Assembly: GCA_030950985.1 (NCBI GenBank)
Contig: JAUZQM010000041.1
Location: 10,379-74,378, forward strand
DNA: 64,000 bases
Direction of reading: 5' to 3'
Origin: Mariprofundaceae bacterium
Lineage (GTDB): Bacteria; Pseudomonadota; Zetaproteobacteria; Mariprofundales; Mariprofundaceae
Shown here: positions 9,096-18,170 of the stretch, piece after piece
Layout: each line of letters opens with the position of its first letter
How positions within the stretch are numbered: position 1 is the first letter of the stretch
Made by a program: the position numbers and the translations under genes
Notes under the pieces: generated by a model
Told to the model about the DNA's origin: nothing
Database searches by the model: none
Seen by the model: only the letters and a program-made list of their open reading frames with translations

Positions 9096-9172
9096 TGGTG
9101 CGCCTGACTGGATTCGAACCAGTGGCCTACGGATTAGAAATCCGTTGCTCTATCCTACTGAGCTACAGGCGC
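9096..9172 (-). tRNA. tRNA-Arg (anticodon TCT)
   Basis: Reverse complement is GCGCCTGTAGCTCAGTAGGATAGAGC-AACGGA-TTTCTAA-TCCGT...GGTTCGAATCC...GGCGCACCA. Confidence 0.9.
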
Positions 9173-9206
9173 TGATGCGACTATATGTTAAAAAAGGAAA
9201 ACTGAA

Positions 9207-9283
<77 letters not shown>

Positions 9284-9431
9284 ACTTGTTTCAAACTGCT
9301 CTCGGTTGAGAGCGCGGCGAAACTTAGTGTTTTGTCATACACTCGTCAAATATATTTTTACACACGAAATATATAAGGTCGTTATTTATTGAATAGTACT
9401 TATGATTTAGCTATCAAAACAGGTGATAAAC

Positions 9432-10019
9432 ATGAAAATAATGGTATTGATATGGATGGTGGGGATCATGACAGTAACTCAAGCACAAGCGAAGACATTG
9501 GAAAAAGCAACGTTTGCAGCAGGATGTTTTTGGTGCATGGAACATCCTTTTGATATTTCAAACGGTGTCATTTCAACCACATCGGGCTATACAGGTGGTC
9601 ATCAAGATAACCCGACGTACGCACAAGTATCCTCAGGTCAAACGGGGCATGCTGAGGCTATCGAAGTACTTTTTGATGCCGATATTGTGTCTTATCGTGA
9701 TTTACTGGCTGTATATTGGCAAAACAGCGATCCAACCACACCTAATCGCCAGTTTTGTGATGTCGGTTCACAATATCGCCCTGCAATTTTTTATCATTCC
9801 AAAGCGCAACATCAAGCGGCACAAGCTTCCAAAGATTTACTCATAAAAGAAAAAAGCTTTCCTCAAGCGATTATAACAGAAATCATCCCTGCCACTACTT
9901 TTTGGATGGCGGAAGATTATCATCAAGATTATTACCATAAAAATCCCATTCGTTATAAATTTTACCGTTACAACTGTGGTCGAGATCAACGTTTAAAAGA
10001 ACTTTGGGGGCAGCCATGA
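9432..10019 (+). CDS. msrA: Peptide-methionine (S)-S-oxide reductase MsrA, with N-terminal signal peptide
   Basis: 'GCFWCMEHPFD' active-site motif and 'GHAEAIEV'. The N-terminus 'MKIMVLIWMVGIMTVTQAQA' looks like a Sec signal. The ATG at 9432 has an AGGTGA SD; the ORF-track start at 9423 is GTG. Confidence 0.9.
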   Translation: MKIMVLIWMVGIMTVTQAQAKTLEKATFAAGCFWCMEHPFDISNGVISTTSGYTGGHQDNPTYAQVSSGQTGHAEAIEVLFDADIVSYRDLLAVYWQNSDPTTPNRQFCDVGSQYRPAIFYHSKAQHQAAQASKDLLIKEKSFPQAIITEIIPATTFWMAEDYHQDYYHKNPIRYKFYRYNCGRDQRLKELWGQP

Positions 10020-10534
10020 AACGACGTTTGTGTTTAAAATATTTATGCGGAGTCGCGGTGAGTACAGCCGTGTTGCCACGTTTATCATGGGCTGAACATT
10101 CAGGAAAAGGAGTAAGTATGGAAAAAACAACCCATTTAGATGAGCAATGGCAATCATTATTGAGTCCAAAAGCTTATGATGTATTGCGACATGAAGGTAC
10201 AGAACCTGCCTTCAGCAGCCCATTGAATAAAGAATATGGCGAAGGTGTGTATGTTTGTGCGGGTTGTGCTTTGCCTTTGTTTAAATCTTCATCCAAATTT
10301 GACAGCGGAACAGGTTGGCCCAGTTTTTTTCAGCCGATTGAAGGGCATGTAGATACAAAATTGGATTTTAAAATAATTCTTCCTCGGCATGAATATCATT
10401 GCGTGCGTTGTGGTGGGCATCAAGGGCATGTTTTTAAAGATGGTCCTGAACCTACAGGGCAACGCTGGTGCAATAACGGTGTAGCTTTGAATTTTAAGCC
10501 AAGACTTGAAATCGACGCAACAACCAAGCCCTAA
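10016..10534 (+). CDS. msrB: Peptide-methionine (R)-S-oxide reductase MsrB, with N-terminal signal peptide
   Basis: SelR domain with two CxxC zinc pairs ('CAGC', 'CVRC'), 'GHQGHVF' and catalytic 'RWCNNG'. 'MKRRLCLKYLCGVAVSTAVLPRLSWA' is signal-like. ATGA start/stop overlap with msrA. Confidence 0.9.
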   Translation: MKRRLCLKYLCGVAVSTAVLPRLSWAEHSGKGVSMEKTTHLDEQWQSLLSPKAYDVLRHEGTEPAFSSPLNKEYGEGVYVCAGCALPLFKSSSKFDSGTGWPSFFQPIEGHVDTKLDFKIILPRHEYHCVRCGGHQGHVFKDGPEPTGQRWCNNGVALNFKPRLEIDATTKP

Positions 10535-11192
10535 TATCAGCAATTTCTTCAGGGCACACGCTATGTTCCATTGAATAATCATGCCAAACAACATCCATGC
10601 TCTGAGATGTTAAATAGTGATACACATGCTTACCAAGACTTACATCAACAACAGAATCGCCCGTCCCATGAGCGATAAAAATGGGCGTATCTTGAGCGCA
10701 AGCTTCTATGGCATCTTCTTCGGGTAAAAGCTGATAACCCGATAACACCATGATACCACCCAAAGGTTTTGACTGACGCAAGCCTACATAAAGTGACATC
10801 GCTGCACCTTGAGAAAAGCCAGCCAGAATAATGTGGTCAGCTTGGATACCACGCATGATTTCTTGATCAATCAGCATTTGAATTTGAGAAGCAGAATGAT
10901 GAATACCATCACGATCATGTTCGATGCCCAGATCATGTTGTTTGATGTCATACCAAGCAGGCATGATATAACCTTCATTGAGGCTAACAGGCATAGCGGG
11001 GGCATGTGGGAAAACAAATCGAATCGCCATATGGTCGGGTAAGTTCAATTCATCGACAATCGGTTCAAAATCATGACCATCAGCACCTAAACCATGCAAC
11101 CAAATGATGCTATGTGTGGGATTGGGCGATGTTTCTTTGCTGATATAAGGAAGTGTATGTAAAGTCATGGGCGTATCATGCGAATATTTCAT
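10494..11192 (-). CDS. Alpha/beta hydrolase, carboxylesterase/phospholipase (Abhydrolase_2) family
   Basis: 'LHGLGADGHDF', nucleophile elbow 'GFSQGAAM', 'HGTGDSVV' and 'MEHSVCPEEI' fit the carboxylesterase 2 pattern. Start is taken at the ATG (MKYSHD). Confidence 0.75.
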   Translation of the reverse strand: MKYSHDTPMTLHTLPYISKETSPNPTHSIIWLHGLGADGHDFEPIVDELNLPDHMAIRFVFPHAPAMPVSLNEGYIMPAWYDIKQHDLGIEHDRDGIHHSASQIQMLIDQEIMRGIQADHIILAGFSQGAAMSLYVGLRQSKPLGGIMVLSGYQLLPEEDAIEACAQDTPIFIAHGTGDSVVDVSLGKHVYHYLTSQSMDVVWHDYSMEHSVCPEEIADIRAWLLRRFQVLA

Positions 11193-11221
11193 GATGTTGA
11201 CCACTTTTTGAGGATATTTTT

Positions 11222-11833
11222 TTGTCTCAACAGCAGTTACCTTTTATTATTCACGATTTACAAGATTCTCAATTTGGTACAAGCAGCAGATGAAAGAGCT
11301 AATTGAACGGCTGTCGTTAACAATCGACGCCGAATAGTTTATTGTATATTTAACATGACATTAGATTTTCCTTCATTCATAAGCAACTATCTGCCATATG
11401 GATTACTTCTAACTTTAGTTTCATTTTCCAAATACCGAAAATCATAGTTGAGTTTTTGACATGCAGAAAACATCTCAGCAAAAACAGTTTCGTCAATTTT
11501 ATTGTCAAATGTTACGAGGTAAATGTTAATTTTCCTTATTTGTGTTTCCATGACATGAAACATTCTTTTGACCATTTGATTTGGCTTTATGATATTGCGC
11601 TGCTTACTGAAACCATTCAAGACCATAAATGGCATAATATTTTAGAAGCCATTCACGAATATCGCTTGGAACGCCTCTGTTCTCGATGATATATGAACGA
11701 TATTTGCCCTGATATGGGGTGGATTGAGCGCCGCTTGTTTGCCCGACACATGAAGTTTGAAGTCATCCTCTATTTAGCCGAACGTTTATTTGCAAAAATA
11801 CAACCCTATTGGCAACATCGCTTTCTTTTTTGA
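11222..11833 (+). pseudogene. Fragmented remnant of an uncharacterised nucleotidyltransferase (NTP_transf_5-like) gene
   Basis: The plus-strand reading frame is broken into pieces in different frames. The 11456-11689 fragment contains 'HDMKHSFDHLIWLYDIALL...WHNILEAIHEYRLER', resembling the conserved C-terminal half of that family. A further frame continues to the stop at 11831-11833. Confidence 0.35.
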
Positions 11834-11987
11834 AAAGAAACCATTTACCCAAAATACAAGATGCGCGCTCAAATTTCGGCTGGTAGCTATGTGAAATGCA
11901 GTTTTATTCACACACGAATCAAACAACTATCTAAAGCTACGATGTTGTTTTTACAAGAAATATTTTTGTTGGTATGGAGTGCATAGT

Positions 11988-12485
11988 ATGTTGAAATATA
12001 TAGGAATGATACTGATATGTTGTTTGACGGCTTGTCAGGGAGAAGAAAGCCCGACTACGATTGCGCCATCACAGATTAAAAGCAATCCAGTTGAGAATGT
12101 AAGCACGCAAGATGTACGCAAAAAAGATGAAAAAGCCTTTATCGCCAGTGACATCACAGCGGAAAAATCAGTCTCCCTCATGAATGATTTATCTGCACCC
12201 TTGGCTGCCAATGTTGAACATGGCAAAAACTTGATGAAAAAACGTTGTTTGATGTGTCACTTTATGGATAAAAAGAAACGTAAAGTGGGTCCAAGTTTGC
12301 AAGGTATTTATGGGCGCGCGCCGAGTATTGATGGCATTCCTTTTAGCATTTGGGATGATAACGCTTTAAATCAATGGCTTGCCAACCCTAAAGCTATCAA
12401 GCCTAACACACGCATGAGCTTTCCTGGCTTTAAAAAAGAACAAGATCGCTTAGATGTCATTGCTTATTTACAAACATTGTCATGA
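11988..12485 (+). CDS. Class I c-type cytochrome, lipoprotein-anchored
   Basis: Lipobox 'CCLTAC', a roughly 70-aa low-complexity linker, then a cytochrome c2/c552-like domain with heme motif 'CLMCH' and distal 'TRMSFPG'. The ATG at 11988 is preceded by GGAG. Confidence 0.75.
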   Translation: MLKYIGMILICCLTACQGEESPTTIAPSQIKSNPVENVSTQDVRKKDEKAFIASDITAEKSVSLMNDLSAPLAANVEHGKNLMKKRCLMCHFMDKKKRKVGPSLQGIYGRAPSIDGIPFSIWDDNALNQWLANPKAIKPNTRMSFPGFKKEQDRLDVIAYLQTLS

Positions 12486-12787
12486 GATTCTGTTAAAAGG
12501 AGCGTAACTATTCAACACCTTAGTAAGACCGTGTTAATCTGTATAAACAACTGTTGTTACATATTTCGATAAAAAAAGAGACTATTTTAAAAGCCAAAAT
12601 TCATAACATTAGTCATTTATTTTAATTTTAAAATCTCGATTAAAAGATGTTATTATGTGCAACATTAATAAAAAAAAACTTGGAAATACGACGTCAACCA
12701 TGCCATCATGCCAACTTTGGTACGCTCAAAACTACACTTTCAAATGATGCCCAATAGTTATAAAAGAAAAATAAGAGGAGGAGAACA

Positions 12788-13198
12788 ATGCAACATAACC
12801 AAGGTTTCACATTGATAGAACTCATTATTGTGATTGCCATTATTGGCATTCTTGCAGCGATTGCGCTTCCACAATTTACAAGCTATCGTACAAGAGCATT
12901 CAATAGTTCTGCCATGTCAGACTTAAGAAATATTGCCACTGGCGAAGAAGCATATTATATAGATCAGCAAACTTATATAAACCTTCCTTCTATTGTCGGA
13001 TTTAGTGCATCACTGGCGAATTTACCAGGGATACGTTTATCAAAAAATATTTGTGCCAACGTGAGTAATGCGACATCCATGGATTTCACAGTGCAGACTG
13101 AAAATTTATATGGGGATATGCATTACCAAAGTTCACAGACTGGCAGCCTAATTAAAAAGAGTAAGTTATTACGTGTATATACTATTGCTGGATGTTGA
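12788..13198 (+). CDS. Type IV pilin / pseudopilin (prepilin N-terminal methylation domain)
   Basis: 'MQHNQG|[24 protein letters not shown]' is the class III signal with Glu+5. Two Cys residues near the C-terminus. Strong SD (AGGAGGAG). Confidence 0.8.
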   Translation: MQHNQGFTLIELIIVIAIIGILAAIALPQFTSYRTRAFNSSAMSDLRNIATGEEAYYIDQQTYINLPSIVGFSASLANLPGIRLSKNICANVSNATSMDFTVQTENLYGDMHYQSSQTGSLIKKSKLLRVYTIAGC

Positions 13199-13206
13199 GT
13201 GTCTTC

Positions 13207-14166
13207 TCAAGACTCTATAAACACACCAATATTGCGTATTTTTTCTTCACGTTGCTTGAGTAATACATGAACAGGTATAGTTAATAGTTCACGCAACCCT
13301 TTTTCCAACACTTTTTTCATCATTTGCGCAGCATCTTCAATATTTCGATGCGCACCCTCTTTGGGTTCAGGAATAACTTCATCCACCAAGCCCAATTCTT
13401 GTAAATCAGCAACCGTTGGCTTTAACGATTCCGCAGCTTTATCAGCAAACGCACGATCACGCCATAAAATAGCCGCACAACCTTCAGGAGAAATGACAGA
13501 ATAAGTCGAGAACTGTTGCATATAAAGGCGATCACCCACACCAATTGCCAACGCACCACCCGATCCACCTTCGCCAATCACCGTACATAATACTGGCACT
13601 TTTAAAACAGCAAGTTCCATGAGGTTGCGGGCAATGGCTTCACTTTGCCCACGTTCTTCAGCATCAATACCTGGCCAAGCCCCTGCCGTATCAATAAAGG
13701 TCATCACGGGAATCTGAAAACGCTCTGCCAGATGAAACAATCGCAATGCTTTTCGATAACCTTCGGGTCTTGCCATACCAAAATTTCGTTTAATCTTTTC
13801 TTTGGTATCGCGACCTTTTTGATGTCCGACCAACATCACCGTTTGTGAACCTAAATGGGCTAAACCACCCACAATGGCGGCATCATCAGAGAAAGCACGA
13901 TCACCATGTAACTCTTGAAAACCATCAAATATTAAATCAACATAATCCAAAAAATTTGGGCGATCTGGATGGCGAGAAAGTTTCGCCATTTGACCGCGTG
14001 TCGCTTGACCATAGGTTTTTTCAATCAATGCATCCCGTTTGATATTCAAACGTTCCACTTCTTCTGAAATATCCACATTCGCGTCACTGCTCATTTGTGA
14101 AAGCTCTTTGATTTTATCTGTTAATTCAGCAATAGGGCGTTCAAATTCAAGATAACTGTAAGCCAT
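13207..14166 (-). CDS. accA: Acetyl-CoA carboxylase carboxyltransferase alpha subunit
   Basis: 319 aa. 'LEFERPIAEL', 'FIDTAGAWPGIDAEERGQSEAIA' and 'IGEGGSGGALA' are AccA hallmarks. It lies 11 nt downstream of dnaE, as in enterics. Confidence 0.95.
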   Translation of the reverse strand: MAYSYLEFERPIAELTDKIKELSQMSSDANVDISEEVERLNIKRDALIEKTYGQATRGQMAKLSRHPDRPNFLDYVDLIFDGFQELHGDRAFSDDAAIVGGLAHLGSQTVMLVGHQKGRDTKEKIKRNFGMARPEGYRKALRLFHLAERFQIPVMTFIDTAGAWPGIDAEERGQSEAIARNLMELAVLKVPVLCTVIGEGGSGGALAIGVGDRLYMQQFSTYSVISPEGCAAILWRDRAFADKAAESLKPTVADLQELGLVDEVIPEPKEGAHRNIEDAAQMMKKVLEKGLRELLTIPVHVLLKQREEKIRNIGVFIES

Positions 14167-14177
14167 GTTTTCCTCAC

Positions 14178-17100
14178 TTAATCCGATTTCTTTCGAAAGC
14201 TTCGTGTTTCTTCAATCACAGGTTTCCATGTCGCACATTGAACATGAATAGCCTGTTTATCCCAATATGTTTGCAAGACTCGTCGCGTCTTGGATGTCCA
14301 TGCTGGGGCAGGTTGATTGGATTCAAGCGTCGCAATACTGCCATTGCCTAAGCCGAGTTGGAACCGCCATTGTGCCTTAGCCTCTTCGTCAGAGGATAGT
14401 TTCTGCAATAGTTGACATTGTTCCGCAGTAAATCCGATCGCATCGAATGAGACTGTGATACGACGTACCAACTGAGGTAAGACATCATCCAATAAGCTAA
14501 TCGCTTCAGCAATCAGCGTTGGTTCATCTTTGGAGGCATCGACTTTCGCCGCCAATAATAAGGGTTCGCCAGCTTGAATCATCTCTCGACATGCTTCATA
14601 TAACTTGGAAAAAACAACCATTTCAGCCCGACCATGCAAGTCTTCCACTTGTATAAACGCCATCATACCTCGTGCCGTACGATATTCTTTGATGTTGGAA
14701 ATAAAAATCGGCAAGACCACTTTGGCATCATCCAAACAATCATCTAAATCACCCAAATGAATGTCTGCCAACCCTGATACATGATATAAATAACCATGCA
14801 AAGGATGACCTGTTAAGTAAAAACCAAGTACCTCACGTTCCAATTCAAGGCATTCTCGTTCATCCCAAGGTTCTACATCCGCAAATAATTCATGACCATC
14901 AACGCTGGATTTCTTCACGGCAAACAAGCCTGTTTGACGTGCCAAATAATCATGGCGACGACGCGAGGCTTCTTGAATCGCCTTACTCATGCTTTCTAAA
15001 GCTGCACGAGGGTGGGGAATCATGCTATTGAACGCCCCCGCTTTGACCAAGCTTTCACAGACACGTTTGTTCAATGTTTTTTCAGGCAGTTCAAAGACCA
15101 TGTTTTCAAAGGATGTAAAAGGCTGCTTGGATTTCCGTGTTTTAACCAGCGTACGAATCACCGCTTCGCCCACACCTTTAATCGCCCCCAAACCAAAACG
15201 AATAGCATCACCTTCAGGCACAAATTCCCAATCGGATGCATTCACATCAGGAGGTAACATTGTCAGTTTCATTTCAGCACAATCCGCCACCAAAGCTGCT
15301 ATTTTGTCAGTATTACCCATATCACACGACAGTGTCGCTGCCATAAATGCTTGCGGATAATGGGCTTTTAAATAGGCAGTCTGATAACAAATCAACGCAT
15401 ACGCCGCCGAATGTGATTTGTTAAAGCCATAACCTGCAAATTTTTCCATCAAATCAAAAACATGCTCGGCTTTATCCGCAGGAACATTCAATGTTGCTGA
15501 ACCTTCCATGAATATTTTACGCTGTTCTTCCATTTCTTCCGCTTTTTTCTTACCCATCGCACGGCGCAACATATCCGCTTGTCCTAAACTATAACCTGCC
15601 AAAACTTGAGCAATTTGCATCACTTGTTCTTGGTATAAAATCACCCCATTGGTTTCTTTAAGGATAGGTTCAAGCTGGGGCAATGGATACTCAATGGCTT
15701 GCCGACCATGTTTACACTCGACATACGTTCCCACCATGCCTGATTCCATCGGACCAGGACGATATAACGCCACCAACGCAATAATATCTTCAAAACAATC
15801 AGGTTTTAGTTCACCTAAAAGCTCACGCATACCTTGTGATTCGACCTGAAACACGGCTTTGGTTTGCCCACGTTGCATCAACTCAAAACTTGCCAAATCA
15901 TCCATAGGAATCTTTGTAATATCAAAACCTTGACCACTCTCTTTTTGCTGCACCAAACGACATGCCAAATCAATGACTGTCAGGGTTTTAAGCCCTAAAA
16001 AGTCAAATTTAATCAAGCCCATTTTTTCCGAACTACCCATGTCCCATTGAACCACTTTGGATTCGGCACCTGTGATTCTGAATAACGGCGCATTTTCAAC
16101 CAAAGCATCTTTACCAATGACCACGCCCGCAGCATGTGTACCTGCATTACGATGTTTACCTTCCAACTTTCGCGCCAAATCAAATAAACGTGCCACTTCA
16201 TCATCATCTTGAATCAACTTGGCAAGGCGTTCTTCTTGTGCTTCAGCCTTGGCAAGCGTCATTTTAAGTTCATCAGGAATGAGTTTTGCCACCATGTTGA
16301 CCTTGCTCAATTCAAGTCCGAGCGCTCGCCCAACATCACGAATCACCGCTTTGGCTTTCATCGCACCAAAAGTGATAATTTGAGATACTTTTTCTTCACC
16401 ATATTTGGCGGTGACATAACGAATGGCTTCTTCACGGCGAGACATGCAAAAATCAATATCAAAATCAGGCATGGAAATACGTTCTGGATTTAAGAAACGT
16501 TCAAACAACAAGCCATATTTGATGGGATCGAGATCGGTAATCAACATCGAATAAGCCACCAAAGAGCCTGCACCCGATCCACGCCCCGGTCCTACGGGAA
16601 TCTCCTGTTCTTTGGACCACTTGATAAAATCAGCAACAATTAAAAAGTATCCGGGGAAACCCATTTGATTGATAATACCCAATTCAAAATCAAGTCTTGC
16701 ATCATAAACACGACGTTCGGCATCAGGTTTACCTGCAAGAATCGCGGGCCAACGACCATCCAAACCATCTTTCGCCACTTGGCACATATAGTCTGATAAA
16801 TCCATACCATCAGGCGCTTGGAAATCAGGTAATTTATATTCTCCAAACTTTAAATCGATATTGCAGCGACGTGCAATATTCAAACTATTTTCCAACGCTT
16901 CAGGTACATCATGAAACAGGTCTTGCATTTGTTCACTGGATTTAAGGTAAAATTCAGGGTTAAAGCCCTCGGCAACATTGTCATCCAAGGTTCGATTATC
17001 TCGAATAGCAAGTAAGGCTTCAAAGGCATTGAAATCATCTTCTTCTTCAAAATGCGTGTTATTGCTGGCAAGCAGAGGAATATCTAAGCTATAAGCCAAC

Positions 17101-17705
17101 TGAATCATCTTATCATTCACGATTGTTTGTGCGGGTATGCCATGACGTTGTAACTCAATAAAAAAACATGGTGGTTCATCAGCTTCTTGCTTAAAAATGG
17201 ATTGATATTCCAACGCCAGTTCACGTGCCAAATCATCATTACCTTGTTGCAAGGCTTGTTCAATTTCACCATTCACACCACTGGATAAGGCAATCAAACC
17301 TTCTCCATATTGGCGTAACAAAGCCTTATCAACGCGTGGTTTATAATAAAAACCTTCCAAATAACCAATGGAAGTGAGTTTTAATAAATTTTTCCAACCT
17401 TGTTCATTGCGTGCCAACAACACAATTTGCCCGTAACGGGGCGATCGAGGACCTGTCGACACCCGCTGTTTGTAATCATCACAGACAAACAACTCACAAC
17501 CCATAATCGGTTTAATACCTGCTTTGAGTGCTTGAGAATAAAAAGCAATCGCGCCAAAAAGATTACCATAATCCGTAAGGGCAATGGCTGGCTGCTGCAT
17601 GGCGACAGCTTTGTTCAATAAACCTTTGATGCTGCTCATCGCAGATAATAAAGAATAGTCAGAATGATTGTGTAGGTGAACAAAAGGGAAGGATGACATC
17701 GGCAC
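14178..17705 (-). CDS. dnaE: DNA polymerase III alpha subunit
   Basis: 1175 aa. N-terminal PHP 'FVHLHNHSDYSLL', 'PDFDIDF' and 'FNKSHSAAYA' are present across the full length. Confidence 0.95.
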   Translation of the reverse strand: MPMSSFPFVHLHNHSDYSLLSAMSSIKGLLNKAVAMQQPAIALTDYGNLFGAIAFYSQALKAGIKPIMGCELFVCDDYKQRVSTGPRSPRYGQIVLLARNEQGWKNLLKLTSIGYLEGFYYKPRVDKALLRQYGEGLIALSSGVNGEIEQALQQGNDDLARELALEYQSIFKQEADEPPCFFIELQRHGIPAQTIVNDKMIQLAYSLDIPLLASNNTHFEEEDDFNAFEALLAIRDNRTLDDNVAEGFNPEFYLKSSEQMQDLFHDVPEALENSLNIARRCNIDLKFGEYKLPDFQAPDGMDLSDYMCQVAKDGLDGRWPAILAGKPDAERRVYDARLDFELGIINQMGFPGYFLIVADFIKWSKEQEIPVGPGRGSGAGSLVAYSMLITDLDPIKYGLLFERFLNPERISMPDFDIDFCMSRREEAIRYVTAKYGEEKVSQIITFGAMKAKAVIRDVGRALGLELSKVNMVAKLIPDELKMTLAKAEAQEERLAKLIQDDDEVARLFDLARKLEGKHRNAGTHAAGVVIGKDALVENAPLFRITGAESKVVQWDMGSSEKMGLIKFDFLGLKTLTVIDLACRLVQQKESGQGFDITKIPMDDLASFELMQRGQTKAVFQVESQGMRELLGELKPDCFEDIIALVALYRPGPMESGMVGTYVECKHGRQAIEYPLPQLEPILKETNGVILYQEQVMQIAQVLAGYSLGQADMLRRAMGKKKAEEMEEQRKIFMEGSATLNVPADKAEHVFDLMEKFAGYGFNKSHSAAYALICYQTAYLKAHYPQAFMAATLSCDMGNTDKIAALVADCAEMKLTMLPPDVNASDWEFVPEGDAIRFGLGAIKGVGEAVIRTLVKTRKSKQPFTSFENMVFELPEKTLNKRVCESLVKAGAFNSMIPHPRAALESMSKAIQEASRRRHDYLARQTGLFAVKKSSVDGHELFADVEPWDERECLELEREVLGFYLTGHPLHGYLYHVSGLADIHLGDLDDCLDDAKVVLPIFISNIKEYRTARGMMAFIQVEDLHGRAEMVVFSKLYEACREMIQAGEPLLLAAKVDASKDEPTLIAEAISLLDDVLPQLVRRITVSFDAIGFTAEQCQLLQKLSSDEEAKAQWRFQLGLGNGSIATLESNQPAPAWTSKTRRVLQTYWDKQAIHVQCATWKPVIEETRSFRKKSD

Positions 17706-17744
17706 AGTTTAACCAAGCGATGGTAATACTCCATCACGGCTGTC

Positions 17745-17783
17745 CAAAAAAAAGACCTGCAAACACAAGGCTTACAGGTCTTC
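17745..17783 (-). terminator. Rho-independent terminator downstream of ssrA
   Basis: Minus strand reads AAGACCTG-(15 nt loop)-CAGGTCTT followed by a T-run, immediately 3' of the tmRNA CCA end. Confidence 0.5.
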
Positions 17784-17797
17784 TTCATACTACTATT

Positions 17798-18146
17798 TGG
17801 TGGAGGCGGAGGGAGTCGAACCCTCGTCCGAAAACCATCAGCCAATGGCACTACATGTTTAGTCTATTCAGATAGCACCTGAAGAACATTGAATAGACAA
17901 GACATTCAACAGGTCGATCCGTAACTTTTTAACCGACAGAACCACGAGTCAACAGTTCTGAATGGCGATTCCATCTAAATTGCCCCGGCTTCTCAATGGA
18001 TGGACACCTCAAGATCGGGGTAACTTACGCAGCGTAAGCTAGTTCTACTTCGTCGTTTGCAATTATTGCAAGTGGCCTGGATAACGGGCGTACCTACCCG
18101 ACATGCACCACAGGGTTCAGCATCCTCGTCGAAACCAGTCGCCCCC
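17798..18146 (-). ncRNA. ssrA: tmRNA (SsrA), one-piece
   Basis: 5' end GGGGGCGACTGGTTTCGACGAGG and 3' tRNA-like end GGGTTCGACTCCCTCCGCCTCCACCA. Internal tag frame GCA AAC GAC GAA GTA GAA CTA GCT TAC GCT GCG TAA gives ANDEVELAYAA*. Confidence 0.9.
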
Positions 18147-18170
18147 ATTGGAGCCAGCAAACATAACTAT

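Noticed and set aside
11387-11635. 82-aa minus-strand ORF in the esterase/cytochrome c gap as a possible real small gene.
   Set aside because: It lies antisense to the best-conserved fragment of the nucleotidyltransferase-like pseudogene. It has no recognisable motifs or SD. It is treated as a shadow ORF, though this is not proven.
12661-12787. Possible sigma54 (-24 GG / -12 GC) promoter upstream of the pilin gene.
   Set aside because: Candidate TGG tracts (TGGAAATACGACG, TGGTACGCTCAAAAC) lack the correctly spaced TTGC/GC element. No supportable match.
17636-17875. ORFs 17636-17851 (minus) and 17693-17875 (plus) between dnaE and ubiA.
   Set aside because: They cover the ssrA terminator and the tRNA-like 3' end of the tmRNA ('RRRESNPRP' is a T-arm translation). 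They are not coding.
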